Below, piece after piece: positions 51,405-61,554 of a stretch of DNA of 64,000 nucleotides. The DNA lies in NCBI GenBank assembly GCA_017416185.1, contig JAFQDF010000033.1, forward strand, positions 92,634 to 156,633, read 5' to 3'. This DNA comes from Clostridia bacterium. GTDB taxonomy: Bacteria > Bacillota > Clostridia > Oscillospirales > CAG-272. The number at the start of each line of letters is the position of its first letter. Within the stretch, counting starts at the first letter, position 1. Position numbers and translations under genes: made by a program. The notes beneath the pieces are model-generated. The model had not been told where the DNA came from and did no database searches. It saw nothing but the letters and a program-made list of their open reading frames with translations.

Positions 51405-52408
51405 TTATAGGTTGCCTTTCTGTACTTTTTCAAGAGGAAGGCGGTCATTCTAATACCGCAGAATCTGCTGACAATAAATACGAGCTTGCTCATTTTGTTG
51501 GATCTGTATTTCAAGATCCATTTATACTGTCTCAGCTTTTTCATAGCATCCTTCTTATCCTCTTTGCGGATAAGATTATATAAGTATATCAAGGTAGAAT
51601 ACTCATATGCCACAAAGCCCATTGCTATACGGCTGATATCATCCTTAGCCTTTTTGTCAACGGTTAGTTTTTCAAGTGATTCGTCGATGAAGGTTATAAG
51701 GTCATAAAAATTGCGTGATGACAGATTATTGGTTATTGAACCCTTGCGTTTAAGTCTGTAACGGTAAAAGGGAAAATCCAGTGCATCTATACTCTCGGCA
51801 GATACAATACTGTCAAGAATAAATCCGAGATCCTCGGAATAGCGTCGGTCATAAGGAAAGTGCAAATCATTTTTAAGTAAAAATTCTCTTCGAAACAGCT
51901 TTGCCCATGCACTGCCGGGGTACTTCGGCCTTGATGCAAGATACTCAACAGCGCTCTTTTTGTCCTTACCTCGAAGCTCTGTTCTGACTATACCCTCACC
52001 AAGATCCATTTCGGTGCCGTCGGGATAGAATTTAATTACCTGCATAAAGCAGAGATCCGTCCCCTCATTCTTTATCCATTCAAGAATCTGTGATACACAG
52101 TCGGAGCTGATCATATCATCCGAATCCACAAAGGAAACATATTTGCCCGAAGCGATCTGCAAGCCTGCATTTCTTGCAGAGGAAAGTCCTCCGTTTTCTT
52201 TATGTACAACTCTGATGGCAGAATGTTTTTCAGAATATCTGTCGCAGATCTCTCCGGAGGAGTCGGTAGCACCGTCATCCACCAGGATTATCTCACATTC
52301 TTCTGTTATCTGTACGAGAATACTCTCTATACATTCCCCAAGACAATCCTCAACGTTGTATATAGGTAATATAAAGCTTAAAAGAATTCCGTTGTTTTTG
52401 TTTTCCAA
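51401..52408 (-). CDS. Glycosyltransferase family 2
   Basis: LPIYNVE, VDDGATD, NGGLSSARNAG, FVDSDD. Confidence 0.9.
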   Translation of the reverse strand: MENKNNGILLSFILPIYNVEDCLGECIESILVQITEECEIILVDDGATDSSGEICDRYSEKHSAIRVVHKENGGLSSARNAGLQIASGKYVSFVDSDDMISSDCVSQILEWIKNEGTDLCFMQVIKFYPDGTEMDLGEGIVRTELRGKDKKSAVEYLASRPKYPGSAWAKLFRREFLLKNDLHFPYDRRYSEDLGFILDSIVSAESIDALDFPFYRYRLKRKGSITNNLSSRNFYDLITFIDESLEKLTVDKKAKDDISRIAMGFVAYEYSTLIYLYNLIRKEDKKDAMKKLRQYKWILKYRSNKMSKLVFIVSRFCGIRMTAFLLKKYRKATYK

Positions 52409-52440
52409 AATAAATTCTCCTTAATCGCTGTTACGGCATA

Positions 52441-53565
52441 CTAAAGACCGTATATCTCCCTAAGCTCCTTCTTTACATTTTCAAAACCGTAAAGCTTTGA
52501 AAACTCAAGTGCATTTTTTGAATATTCTGTTGCCTTGTCGGGGTTATCAAGAATATCAAGTATACACTCTGTCATTTTGTCATAGTCATTAACCTTAACA
52601 AGATACCCGTTTCTGCCTCCGTTTATAAGCTCGCGGTGACCGCGGTTTTCACTCAGAACACAGGGGTTACCCGACATCATAGCCTCTATAACGTTGAGGG
52701 GGAGTCCCTCACGCTTGCTGCAGGAAATAAGAATATCGCTTATATGCTGATAATCCTGCAGGTTTGTAACGTATCCCAACATCGTGACACTCTTTTCAAG
52801 TCCAAGAGAGGCGATAAGCGCCTCGAGATTTTCCTTCTCGGGACCGTTGCCTGCAAGCAGAAGCCTTGCATCGGGATACTTCTTCAGTATCTGCGGCATT
52901 ATATTTATTATCATCTGCTGATTCTTGTTGGGAAGTAGCTCACCTACACAAAGTAGTATCTTCTGATCCGCATCAAAGCCCATCTCATAACGTAACCGTT
53001 TTTTCTCTTCTTTCGAAACGGTAGTATATCTTTCCTCGTTTACACCTACACCGTGCATATGGTACACAGGACACTTAAACTTATCCTTTACAGATTCATA
53101 ATCCTCTTTTGCAACCGTTATCAGCTTGTCTGTTTTACGAGAAAAGAGCTTTTCAATAGGATAATATATCAGCCAGCTCTTCTTGGGACCGCCTTTGAAG
53201 AAATGAAATCCGTGAGCGGTATAAAAAACCTTGCAACCCATTTTTCTTGCTTTTTTTGCAGCAAGACGGGTAACTATACCGCCCATAGGTGTATTACAGT
53301 GAACTATATCGTATTTTTCGTCGTTTAACAGCTTTTTGAGCAGCTTGTATGCCTTGATGTTATCCGTACTTTTTGGAGATCGGGAAAAGGGTATATCATA
53401 GACCTTGTCGACAAAATCCAGCTTCAGACCGTTTTTCTCGGCAAGATTATTTCTTGCAGCCACGTGTATCTCAACGTCACTCTGTTCTCTCAGCATTTCG
53501 ACCAGAGGCTTGTGAAACTGACATATATGGCTCTGTACTGTCGCTACCAGTAATATCTTTTTCAT
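52441..53565 (-). CDS. Glycosyltransferase family 4 (EpsD/CapM-like)
   Basis: Paralog of 11573-12706; REGLPLNVIEAM. Confidence 0.88.
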   Translation of the reverse strand: MKKILLVATVQSHICQFHKPLVEMLREQSDVEIHVAARNNLAEKNGLKLDFVDKVYDIPFSRSPKSTDNIKAYKLLKKLLNDEKYDIVHCNTPMGGIVTRLAAKKARKMGCKVFYTAHGFHFFKGGPKKSWLIYYPIEKLFSRKTDKLITVAKEDYESVKDKFKCPVYHMHGVGVNEERYTTVSKEEKKRLRYEMGFDADQKILLCVGELLPNKNQQMIINIMPQILKKYPDARLLLAGNGPEKENLEALIASLGLEKSVTMLGYVTNLQDYQHISDILISCSKREGLPLNVIEAMMSGNPCVLSENRGHRELINGGRNGYLVKVNDYDKMTECILDILDNPDKATEYSKNALEFSKLYGFENVKKELREIYGL

Positions 53566-53587
53566 ATTCCTCTGCCGGTCCTTTCTT

Positions 53588-55165
53588 TTACGGTAACAGT
53601 TTGTTTACTATGTAATAAAGATTTTCGCGTTTCGCACGGGAATCGGTATGATTTACATCTACTACAGCCTCTACTGCAGAGTCAATACGTTCATCCAGTT
53701 TCTTACGCATCAGTGTATAAAGTCTGTCATTGATCCTGTCCTCCTCGGGAACCGAAAGGAGCAACTCAAGAACCTTCCTGTTATTATAGGGAACGGTTAT
53801 ATCATCCGAGAACATATGCTCACTTGTAAGAGAAAGTCCGAACAGACTGGACCACTGATATTCCCAATAGAGCTGTTCCTGCCAGGGGATAGGATTCTTT
53901 TTATCTGATTCAAAATATTTGTCAATATATTCCTTAAACTGTTTGTCACAGTATCTTACAGCACCGCGATGCGTGAGAAGGAATTTGTAAAAGGTGGTGC
54001 ATACTCTGGGACTGGGCTTTTTGCCGAAATTCCGTCTGCCGTTATATCTCTTGGTATAACGTGTCCTGCCCACCTCGGATGCCCAGGATTTGACCTCAAT
54101 ATCAAAATCGTCAACCTTATCGAGGTATGCCCTTTTTCTCACGTCAAAGGGGTTGTTATATCTTACGTCGCCGCCGTTCCAGAGAAGCACGGCTCTTATT
54201 CCCTCTATGTTCTCAAAAGCTTCATCCTCGTAAGGGATTTTGTAAAAAATATGCTCAAGTCCCAAGGCCTTGCATATCTGTCCTGCCGCCTTGGCATCAG
54301 GCAGCTCGTTTTCCTGAGAATCGTAGCTGAAGTATTTGAAACGGTCATAAATATCCGAAGCACAAGCAAGGGTAGTCTTGCTGTCGCAGCCGCCGGTAAG
54401 AGAGATCGCAGGTCTTTGCCATTTGTCAGCGATGAGCTCCATTGTTTTCTTCATTAAAGGAATAAGACGGTCACAGGCCTCCTCTACACTCAGGTTGAGG
54501 TTAACGGGATGATAAAATCTTCTCTGCTCAATACCGTTGTCAACCGTTTCTGCAATATGGCTCGGATTTAATCTCTTTACCTCTTTAAATGAAGTTATGT
54601 TACCGGGAAGCTGATTTCCGAAATATTTGAATGTCTTGCGGGTTTTTAGCTTTGTAACACAGGGATCCTCGCTCAGACCTAAAATATCACCTATAAGATT
54701 TGTATGTGTACTTACATAATTATGTCCGCCGTAAGAGGAATAGAAAACACTTAACAGCCCTACAGTATCACAAAGAAATCTTAAGTTATCGCCGTCGGCA
54801 ACAAACAGACAGAATATACCGGTAAGATTATTTACCATGTCAAAAAATGCCGCTTCATTGCCGTAAACCGAAGCCAGACCGTCTATTATCTCTTCCTCTC
54901 CGATAATACCTCTTATAGGATCATAGGCATGTCCGATAAAACCGATGCTTCTTTCCTCGCCTGCCGGCTTCACACAATATTTTGTCTCGGGGTGAAGAAG
55001 CAGTGTATAGCTGTCGTTAAGGACAGTTTTATTCCATAAGCCGTAAAAGGGATATTCATCGGTATTGATATCCTTACTGTCGGCTATAAGAAAACCTCTG
55101 CAGAAAAGCTTGGATCTCAGATATTCGTCATTTAAAGTAAGCTCTTTGACCGTTTCTCTGTTCAT
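53588..55165 (-). CDS. Asparagine-synthase-like PP-loop protein
   Basis: ISLTGGCDS PP-loop; D.VGL..VFY in N-terminal domain; PYNNR.VLELLL near C-terminus. Confidence 0.6.
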   Translation of the reverse strand: MNRETVKELTLNDEYLRSKLFCRGFLIADSKDINTDEYPFYGLWNKTVLNDSYTLLLHPETKYCVKPAGEERSIGFIGHAYDPIRGIIGEEEIIDGLASVYGNEAAFFDMVNNLTGIFCLFVADGDNLRFLCDTVGLLSVFYSSYGGHNYVSTHTNLIGDILGLSEDPCVTKLKTRKTFKYFGNQLPGNITSFKEVKRLNPSHIAETVDNGIEQRRFYHPVNLNLSVEEACDRLIPLMKKTMELIADKWQRPAISLTGGCDSKTTLACASDIYDRFKYFSYDSQENELPDAKAAGQICKALGLEHIFYKIPYEDEAFENIEGIRAVLLWNGGDVRYNNPFDVRKRAYLDKVDDFDIEVKSWASEVGRTRYTKRYNGRRNFGKKPSPRVCTTFYKFLLTHRGAVRYCDKQFKEYIDKYFESDKKNPIPWQEQLYWEYQWSSLFGLSLTSEHMFSDDITVPYNNRKVLELLLSVPEEDRINDRLYTLMRKKLDERIDSAVEAVVDVNHTDSRAKRENLYYIVNKLLP

Positions 55166-56070
55166 TTATCAAAATTCTCCAGGTTAGTTTTTATTACATT
55201 CAGCAAGCGCTCGGAATTATTCTCTCCCACAAAGGAGTTATGGGGAGTTACGATTACATTTTCCATATCCCAAAGAGGACTGTCACAAGATAACGGCTCC
55301 TCCTCGAAAACATCCAGCACCGCTCCGCCTAAACGGGGAAGCGCTCTTATCAAAGCCTCGGTATCTATAACTGCACCGCGGGCTATATTTACAAGCACCG
55401 CCGTATCCTTCAGCAAAGCAAGCCTGCCGTCATTTATAATATGCTGTGTCTTATCTGTCAGTGGAAGGGTCAGCACCAAAATATCACATTCCGAAATGAC
55501 ATTGTCAAGTCCGTCAAGCGGATATATTTTTTCATAGCTTTCATCCTCACGGGGATACAGATCAACTCCGACCACCCTTGTGCCGAATGCTTTAAATCTC
55601 TTTGCACATTCGGTGCCTACACTTCCGCAACCGAGAACACATACTGTCTTGCCGTTGAGCTCTGTAAGGCCTCTGTGCTTTGTCCAGCTGTGATTTCTTT
55701 GATTATCTCTGAAAAATGCCGACTGCTTGTAAAGGCTCAGCACTCCTGCAAGAGCAAACTCCGCCATGGGAATGCTGTACACCCCTCCGGCATTGAATAT
55801 GCGTATGTCCCTGTTACGGATATAATCCATATCCACACGGTCATAGCCTGCGCTTGTGAGTTGTATGTATTTTAAATTTTTGAATTCTTCTATGGGATGA
55901 TGCAGGAACAGACCGTTACAGATGACCGCCTCATAACACTCGGCGGCATCGGGAAGGGCATCCTTTTCGTTTTGAAGAAAATCGACCCTGTGTCCCATGT
56001 CGCTCAGTATTTCCGCACACTCTCTGTGCGCCTGTAATGCTCCTGTAATCAGTATCCTCATATGCTGCAT
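55162..56070 (-). CDS. D-isomer-specific 2-hydroxyacid dehydrogenase
   Basis: Paralog of 12693-13595; GCGSVG, NIARG, TPH. Confidence 0.88.
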   Translation of the reverse strand: MQHMRILITGALQAHRECAEILSDMGHRVDFLQNEKDALPDAAECYEAVICNGLFLHHPIEEFKNLKYIQLTSAGYDRVDMDYIRNRDIRIFNAGGVYSIPMAEFALAGVLSLYKQSAFFRDNQRNHSWTKHRGLTELNGKTVCVLGCGSVGTECAKRFKAFGTRVVGVDLYPREDESYEKIYPLDGLDNVISECDILVLTLPLTDKTQHIINDGRLALLKDTAVLVNIARGAVIDTEALIRALPRLGGAVLDVFEEEPLSCDSPLWDMENVIVTPHNSFVGENNSERLLNVIKTNLENFDK

Positions 56071-56072
56071 CC

Positions 56073-56912
56073 TTATTTTTTCAAGCTCTGCGCTATGCCG
56101 GATATCTTTTCGGCGGTCACTGTTTTATTACCTTCCCATTCCTCGGGATGTGACTCGCAGTAAGCTTCGTAATCTCTTATCTCGCGCAATCCCTCATCGA
56201 AAATGCGCTTTATCTCGGCGGTATCCGTAACTATATCACAGTTACAGAAGCTTCTTGAAAGTATAGCTCTCTGTGAGCCTAAACGGTAATGCTCCATCAC
56301 CACGTGCTCGCAGGGGAGCATTCCCTTGCCGAGAGCGGCAATTCCTCCAAAGCCGTACACAATACCCTTGTCACGGCACTTGTTGCAAATACGCTCCACC
56401 GTGCCGTCGCAAAGCAGCTCAAACATAAAGCGCATACCCAGGGCAAGGCTCATATCGTTAAGTCCTATATGTATTTCATCTATGCCCTCAAGAGCAAGGA
56501 TGTCGTCGATAATCTCTGCCGCCTCGGGGGTTTCCACCAACAGGAAGGTCGTTGCTCTGCCCGCAACACAGTCAAGAAATCTCCTGACCTCTGTAAGTGT
56601 CTTAAAATAGGGCAGCATAACCACGTCAGCACCTGCCCTGATAACGGCATCTATCTCCTCCTCGCTTGAGGAGTATTCCTCTGTTGCATCGTGGATGGGA
56701 TTGACACGGACCATAAGCTCGCTTTTGTCAAGACACTTTCTCAGCTCTGCCACATCGGAGACGGTATGACGGCACTGAACCGTATTCATTCCGCCCTGTC
56801 TGAGATGCTTGCCGATATATTCCATATCCACAAATATTCTGTCCACTCCCGCAGCCTGTGCTATACAGGCTATATCGGGGCGGTTGGTTATGTACATCAG
56901 CTTTAATGACAT
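56073..56912 (-). CDS. HpcH/HpaI aldolase / citrate lyase family protein
   Basis: Paralog of 13615-14451. Confidence 0.82.
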   Translation of the reverse strand: MSLKLMYITNRPDIACIAQAAGVDRIFVDMEYIGKHLRQGGMNTVQCRHTVSDVAELRKCLDKSELMVRVNPIHDATEEYSSSEEEIDAVIRAGADVVMLPYFKTLTEVRRFLDCVAGRATTFLLVETPEAAEIIDDILALEGIDEIHIGLNDMSLALGMRFMFELLCDGTVERICNKCRDKGIVYGFGGIAALGKGMLPCEHVVMEHYRLGSQRAILSRSFCNCDIVTDTAEIKRIFDEGLREIRDYEAYCESHPEEWEGNKTVTAEKISGIAQSLKK

Positions 56913-56917
56913 AGTTA

Positions 56918-57568
56918 CTACTTCGTTACCTCTTCCTTACTGTCCAAGGGAGTTTCTGCGCTGTCCTTCTTAACCGTCGCACCCACATTTTCGTTGTCGG
57001 CATTTGAAAAGACCTTGAAGATGGTGAGGAAGAATATTTTCATATCCAGCCACAAGGACACATGGTCAACATACCAAACGTTCATCTTTATTCTTTCGTT
57101 CCACTCAACGCACTTGCGTCCGTTGATCTGCGCCCAGCCGGTAATACCCGGTCTTACCTCGAACATTCTGCGCTGCTCGTCGGTGTACTGCTCTATTGGC
57201 CAGGGATGGTATGTAAGGGGAGGACGGGGGCCGATAAAGCTCATCTCACCCTTGAGAATATTGAATAACTGAGGCAGCTCATCAATGCTTGTTGCTCTGA
57301 TGATCCTTCCTATACGTGTAACACGGGGATCTCCCTTACCGGAATACACGCCTGAGCCTGTATGCTCGGAATCGATCTTCATGCTTCTGAATTTCAGTAT
57401 CTCAAATTCCTTGCCGCCCACACCAAGCCTCTTCTGCCTGAACAGAACGGGGCCGGGGCTGTCCAGCTTGATCAACAGTGCTACGATCGCCATAGGCAGC
57501 CAAAGTATAAGAGTGCCGAAAACCGATAAAATAATATCCGCTAAACGCTTAAAAAATCCTTTATACAT
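56918..57568 (-). CDS. Priming sugar transferase
   Basis: KFRSM, DELPQL, GPRP, RPGITGWAQ. Confidence 0.92.
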   Translation of the reverse strand: MYKGFFKRLADIILSVFGTLILWLPMAIVALLIKLDSPGPVLFRQKRLGVGGKEFEILKFRSMKIDSEHTGSGVYSGKGDPRVTRIGRIIRATSIDELPQLFNILKGEMSFIGPRPPLTYHPWPIEQYTDEQRRMFEVRPGITGWAQINGRKCVEWNERIKMNVWYVDHVSLWLDMKIFFLTIFKVFSNADNENVGATVKKDSAETPLDSKEEVTK

Positions 57569-57642
57569 CTAACTATCCTTTTCGTTTGATTATGCAACTA
57601 TTCGCAAAAGGGCAAACTACCCCTATTTTCATATTCTGTTAT

Positions 57643-57671
57643 ATTATAACATAATGTATAAAAAAAAGCAA
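57643..57671 (-). promoter_or_regulatory. Sigma-A promoter of cluster 2
   Basis: TTGCTT-17 nt-TATAAT with extended -10 TG. Confidence 0.6.
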
Positions 57672-57820
57672 TATGCTGAATTGATTTTTTTGGTTGACGG
57701 GATCGGTTCCGCATCGTGTGAAATCAGGAAAAAGAGCCCTACTGTGGAAAATGTTGACTGTTTAAAGGATTTATGATAAAATAATCAACAAGGAAAGTGA
57801 TTTGGCAAGGAGGTAAAGTG

Positions 57821-58996
57821 ATGGACAAAAGTTTTAAAAGCGGACTTGATGTTATATATCTTACCTCCTGTGCGCTTAACGGTATTACTCCCGACAGAGG
57901 GGTTATCGAAGCAATGGACCTTGAGGCTGTATTCGGTCAGGCAAAAAGGCACAGAATGCTCTCGATCACATATATGGCTATTGAGTCCTGCCGTGATACC
58001 CTTGAGCCCGAGCTTGCAAGGAAATGGGGCATATCGGCACCTCAAGCGGTAAAAAGCAGTCTTATGTACTCTGTAGAGCGGGAAAAGCTGTACAGATTTA
58101 TGGATGAAAATGAGATCGCATACCTGCCCTTAAAGGGTATAATTATGCAGGACATTTATCCGAAGCTGGGTATGCGGCAGATGGCGGACAACGATATTCT
58201 GATAGATATAGATAAGCGTCACCTTGTCCGTGATTATATGGTCAAAAACGGCTATAAGAGCGACGGATACGGCAAGGACATGCACGATGTGTATATTAAG
58301 CCTCCGATATACAATTTTGAAATACATGTATATTTGGCGATAGAGTCGGTGGATGCCGTTTTTTATAATTATTATCTTGACATCTGGCAGCGTCTTCAAA
58401 GACAGGATGACAAGAGAAGCGAATACAGATTTTCTGTCGAGGATTTTTACATCTATACCCTTGTTCACGCATATAAGCATATCAATTATACCGGCGGTAT
58501 AGGTATCAAGCCGTTGACGGATATCTTTGTATATTTGCGCAGATATGAGGACTCTCTCGACAGGGGGTATCTGGATGCCGAGCTTGAAAGGATCAGGTTG
58601 ACTGCATTCGAAAAAAACATGCGGCTGCTGTCGAAAAAGATCTTTGATGCTGAAGCAACAAAAGAAAACAGGATAGAGGATGGCTTGAACGAAGAGGAAA
58701 TACAGCTGCTGAAATTCTTTATCGATTCGGGCAGCTTTGGAAATAAAGACACCTTATACCGAGGCATGATAGACCGCTTTGCCAACGGAGAGGGCAAGAT
58801 CACAAGGACGGGTAAGATCAGATATTTATTGAGCAGACTCTTCCCCACAGGCCCTTATATCAGGGAGAATTATCCCTTTTTCCACAGACATAAAATACTT
58901 CTTCCGGCTTTATGGGTCTACAGATTTTTCACAAAAATATTCGTAAAGTTCGGACACGTGTGTAAGGAATTAAAGTTTATAAGCAAACAAAAATAA
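57821..58996 (+). CDS. Uncharacterised nucleotidyltransferase family protein (NTP_transf_5-like)
   Basis: Paralog of 21116-22288; GGAGG RBS; upstream TTGACT-17-TAAAAT. Confidence 0.8.
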   Translation: MDKSFKSGLDVIYLTSCALNGITPDRGVIEAMDLEAVFGQAKRHRMLSITYMAIESCRDTLEPELARKWGISAPQAVKSSLMYSVEREKLYRFMDENEIAYLPLKGIIMQDIYPKLGMRQMADNDILIDIDKRHLVRDYMVKNGYKSDGYGKDMHDVYIKPPIYNFEIHVYLAIESVDAVFYNYYLDIWQRLQRQDDKRSEYRFSVEDFYIYTLVHAYKHINYTGGIGIKPLTDIFVYLRRYEDSLDRGYLDAELERIRLTAFEKNMRLLSKKIFDAEATKENRIEDGLNEEEIQLLKFFIDSGSFGNKDTLYRGMIDRFANGEGKITRTGKIRYLLSRLFPTGPYIRENYPFFHRHKILLPALWVYRFFTKIFVKFGHVCKELKFISKQK

Positions 58997-59023
58997 CTGC
59001 TTTTTTCAAAGCAGTTATTTTTT
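58989..59023. terminator. Bidirectional terminator
   Basis: AAAAATAACTGCTTT / AAAGCAGTTATTTTT between convergent genes. Confidence 0.7.
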
Positions 59024-59032
59024 GTTTATTGC

Positions 59033-61474
59033 TTATTTTGCGTCGTTATCCCAGTGCTTGGGGTCCTTGCCTGCATCCCAGTTGCCGGGAGCTCTGTAGT
59101 TGTCGCTTTCAAGAGTTCCGAGGTAAGCAAAGTAAGCCTCTGCCATTTCGTTGTACTTGTCAAGATCAGCCTGATCGCCGGAATCTCTGTAATCCTCATA
59201 TGCAAGACAAACCTCGATGTACTTCATCTGGGTAGCACTTCTGCGTACACGGAGCTTCTGCTCATCTGTAGAAGCAAGCTCAAGAGCCTTATCAAAGAGT
59301 CCCATAAGATAGTCAAAGTTCTCTCTGTACTGTTCCTCGGTAATAACGTCATCCCAGTTACAGTTGGACCAGATATGCCATTCGTTCTCGCTCTGGAGCT
59401 CGTAAGTCTTTTCGATATACTCACGGATATAGGTCCAGCCGTCGCCGTAGAATGACTCAAGGAAGCTGTCTACGTAATTCCAGTACTCTGCTTCGGTCAT
59501 ATCCGTCTCCCAAACCAGCTTGGAGGTAAGATAAACCTTAAGCTCGGCAAAGGGCGCGCTGTTGATGTTATCGCCTAAAACGATTATACCCGAAACGCCT
59601 CTCTTATGGAAGTCGTGATACTTTCTGTACATCTGATGAATTACCGGAAAGGGAGCATCTGCATAGGTCGTATCGCTGGAATAGTCCCATACCCATACAT
59701 TGGGAGAGAACTCAAACCAAGCATCAAGTATCTCGGAATATTTAGCTGCGCTATTGCTCTTGTTTGTACAAACGTCGGTCTGGGTATGATCGTGGTTACC
59801 GCAGGCGGTATCGGTACAAGCACATACTATAACATTATCGCTGATATCTTCTTTGTTAAAGTTTCTGGGGAGATTCCAGGTATATTTGTATGCAAGACCA
59901 ACAACGTAGTAATCAGGATATTCCTCGGCGATAGCCTCACCTACAACGTCAAGAATATTGAAGTATGTAGACGTTCTGCCGTGCTCACGGTAAAACTCAT
60001 CGCACTGGCAGTTGGGACCGCCCTTACAGTAATATACGGAGTCGGACATTGCAACCCATACGAATCTGTTTTGAGGACTTGCTGCAAGCTGGGTCTTTAC
60101 GTTTGCAATAATATTTTGCTGGATCTGAGGATCGGTCAGACAGGGGTCATCCGACATATGGTGGGCTGTGTAGTAACCCCACTGAGGCTTGAAATCTGCG
60201 GGATCCTGGCCCAGTGCGGGCATAGAATGATAGAAGTTAGCCTGATTGAAATAACCGCCGTTGTCTCTGAGCTTCTTTCCGACATGAGGAAGATCTCCCT
60301 TACCGAAAATATAATCACGGTAACGCATACCGGTTGTTTCTGTATGATAGAGGTCTGCGGGAACGTTGTAGCAGTTCTTGGGTGTAAAGGTCTCGATAAC
60401 GCCCATAAAGCTTACGCCTGCATATTCTTCAAGGAACTCATATACAGCAAACTGTGTTGCCGCATAGTTTTCGTCAGAAGCAAGGATAAGATATCCGTTC
60501 TGAACCTCCATAAGCAGTGTGTCGGGATCAAAGCCGGAACGGTCGATGTTGACTACAACACCCTCACGGTTGGTCTTACCGATAAGGATCTCCTTTTCAC
60601 CGATCTCACGGTCGGTATCCTTGTATACGGGAAGAGAGAAGCCTGTTACTTTATTGATATAAGAATGAAGCTCATTTGCACAGGTCTGTGCGCTGCTGCC
60701 GCTCTTTGCAGCGGTGGTGCCGTATACGATGGTGTACTCGGAGATAGAAGTGTCACCGATCATAATATCGCCCACGGGAGTTTCTGCATTGTAGCGAAGC
60801 TCCATATAGCTCATAAGTATCTGAGCCGCCTGAGCTCGGGTAGCGTTGCCGTTGGGATTAAGGATGGGAGCACCCTTCTCTGTACCCATACCGTTGATAA
60901 GTCCGGTGGTGGACATCCAGGTAATACCTTCCTTTGCCCAATCCTGCACCTTATCTGCATCTGCAAACTTGTTAAAAGCTGTTACTCTTACGTCGGTAAG
61001 ATCGTAGCTGTCCTCACCTGCAGCATAGAGGGCAAGGATACGCGCCATCTGGGAACGTGTGATCTTGCCGTTGGGTGCGAAGGTAGTTTCGGTCATACCT
61101 GCAACGTAATTCTTTTCGTTTGCCCACTGTACAGCCTTTGCATACCACTGATTTACGGGTACGTCGGTGAACACGGTCTCACCGGTATAGGTTGTCTGGT
61201 CAACTCCGGAAAGTCTGAACAGAACTGTTACGAACATACCTCTTGTCATAGTTACGTTGGGACCGAAAAGGTCGCCTGCCGCATTGTTTGCCGCAAAGAT
61301 ACCGTTATCGTAGGTATACTTTACCGCATTGTAGAACCAATGGCTCTCTTTTACATCCTTAAAGGGCATGCCTGTTTCGGGGATGATGGGAGCAGCTTCA
61401 TCAGCGGAAACTGCCATAGGAACTGCCGCTAAAAGTGTCAATACCACAAGAAGTAAAGAAATAAATCTCTTCAT
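59033..61474 (-). CDS. Secreted S-layer homology (SLH) protein with DUF4838-like catalytic domain
   Basis: Signal peptide; three SLH repeats (F.DV...WF, TRGMF, TRSQMA, TRAQAA); PCLTDP, LAY.YT, VWDY motifs. Confidence 0.75.
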   Translation of the reverse strand: MKRFISLLLVVLTLLAAVPMAVSADEAAPIIPETGMPFKDVKESHWFYNAVKYTYDNGIFAANNAAGDLFGPNVTMTRGMFVTVLFRLSGVDQTTYTGETVFTDVPVNQWYAKAVQWANEKNYVAGMTETTFAPNGKITRSQMARILALYAAGEDSYDLTDVRVTAFNKFADADKVQDWAKEGITWMSTTGLINGMGTEKGAPILNPNGNATRAQAAQILMSYMELRYNAETPVGDIMIGDTSISEYTIVYGTTAAKSGSSAQTCANELHSYINKVTGFSLPVYKDTDREIGEKEILIGKTNREGVVVNIDRSGFDPDTLLMEVQNGYLILASDENYAATQFAVYEFLEEYAGVSFMGVIETFTPKNCYNVPADLYHTETTGMRYRDYIFGKGDLPHVGKKLRDNGGYFNQANFYHSMPALGQDPADFKPQWGYYTAHHMSDDPCLTDPQIQQNIIANVKTQLAASPQNRFVWVAMSDSVYYCKGGPNCQCDEFYREHGRTSTYFNILDVVGEAIAEEYPDYYVVGLAYKYTWNLPRNFNKEDISDNVIVCACTDTACGNHDHTQTDVCTNKSNSAAKYSEILDAWFEFSPNVWVWDYSSDTTYADAPFPVIHQMYRKYHDFHKRGVSGIIVLGDNINSAPFAELKVYLTSKLVWETDMTEAEYWNYVDSFLESFYGDGWTYIREYIEKTYELQSENEWHIWSNCNWDDVITEEQYRENFDYLMGLFDKALELASTDEQKLRVRRSATQMKYIEVCLAYEDYRDSGDQADLDKYNEMAEAYFAYLGTLESDNYRAPGNWDAGKDPKHWDNDAK

Positions 61475-61554
61475 CTTTTTTCTCCTTTTTTATTATGGAA
61501 GAAAATAGTGTCCGAGGACACTATTTTCTTCATTTAATTATGCATTACGGATTA

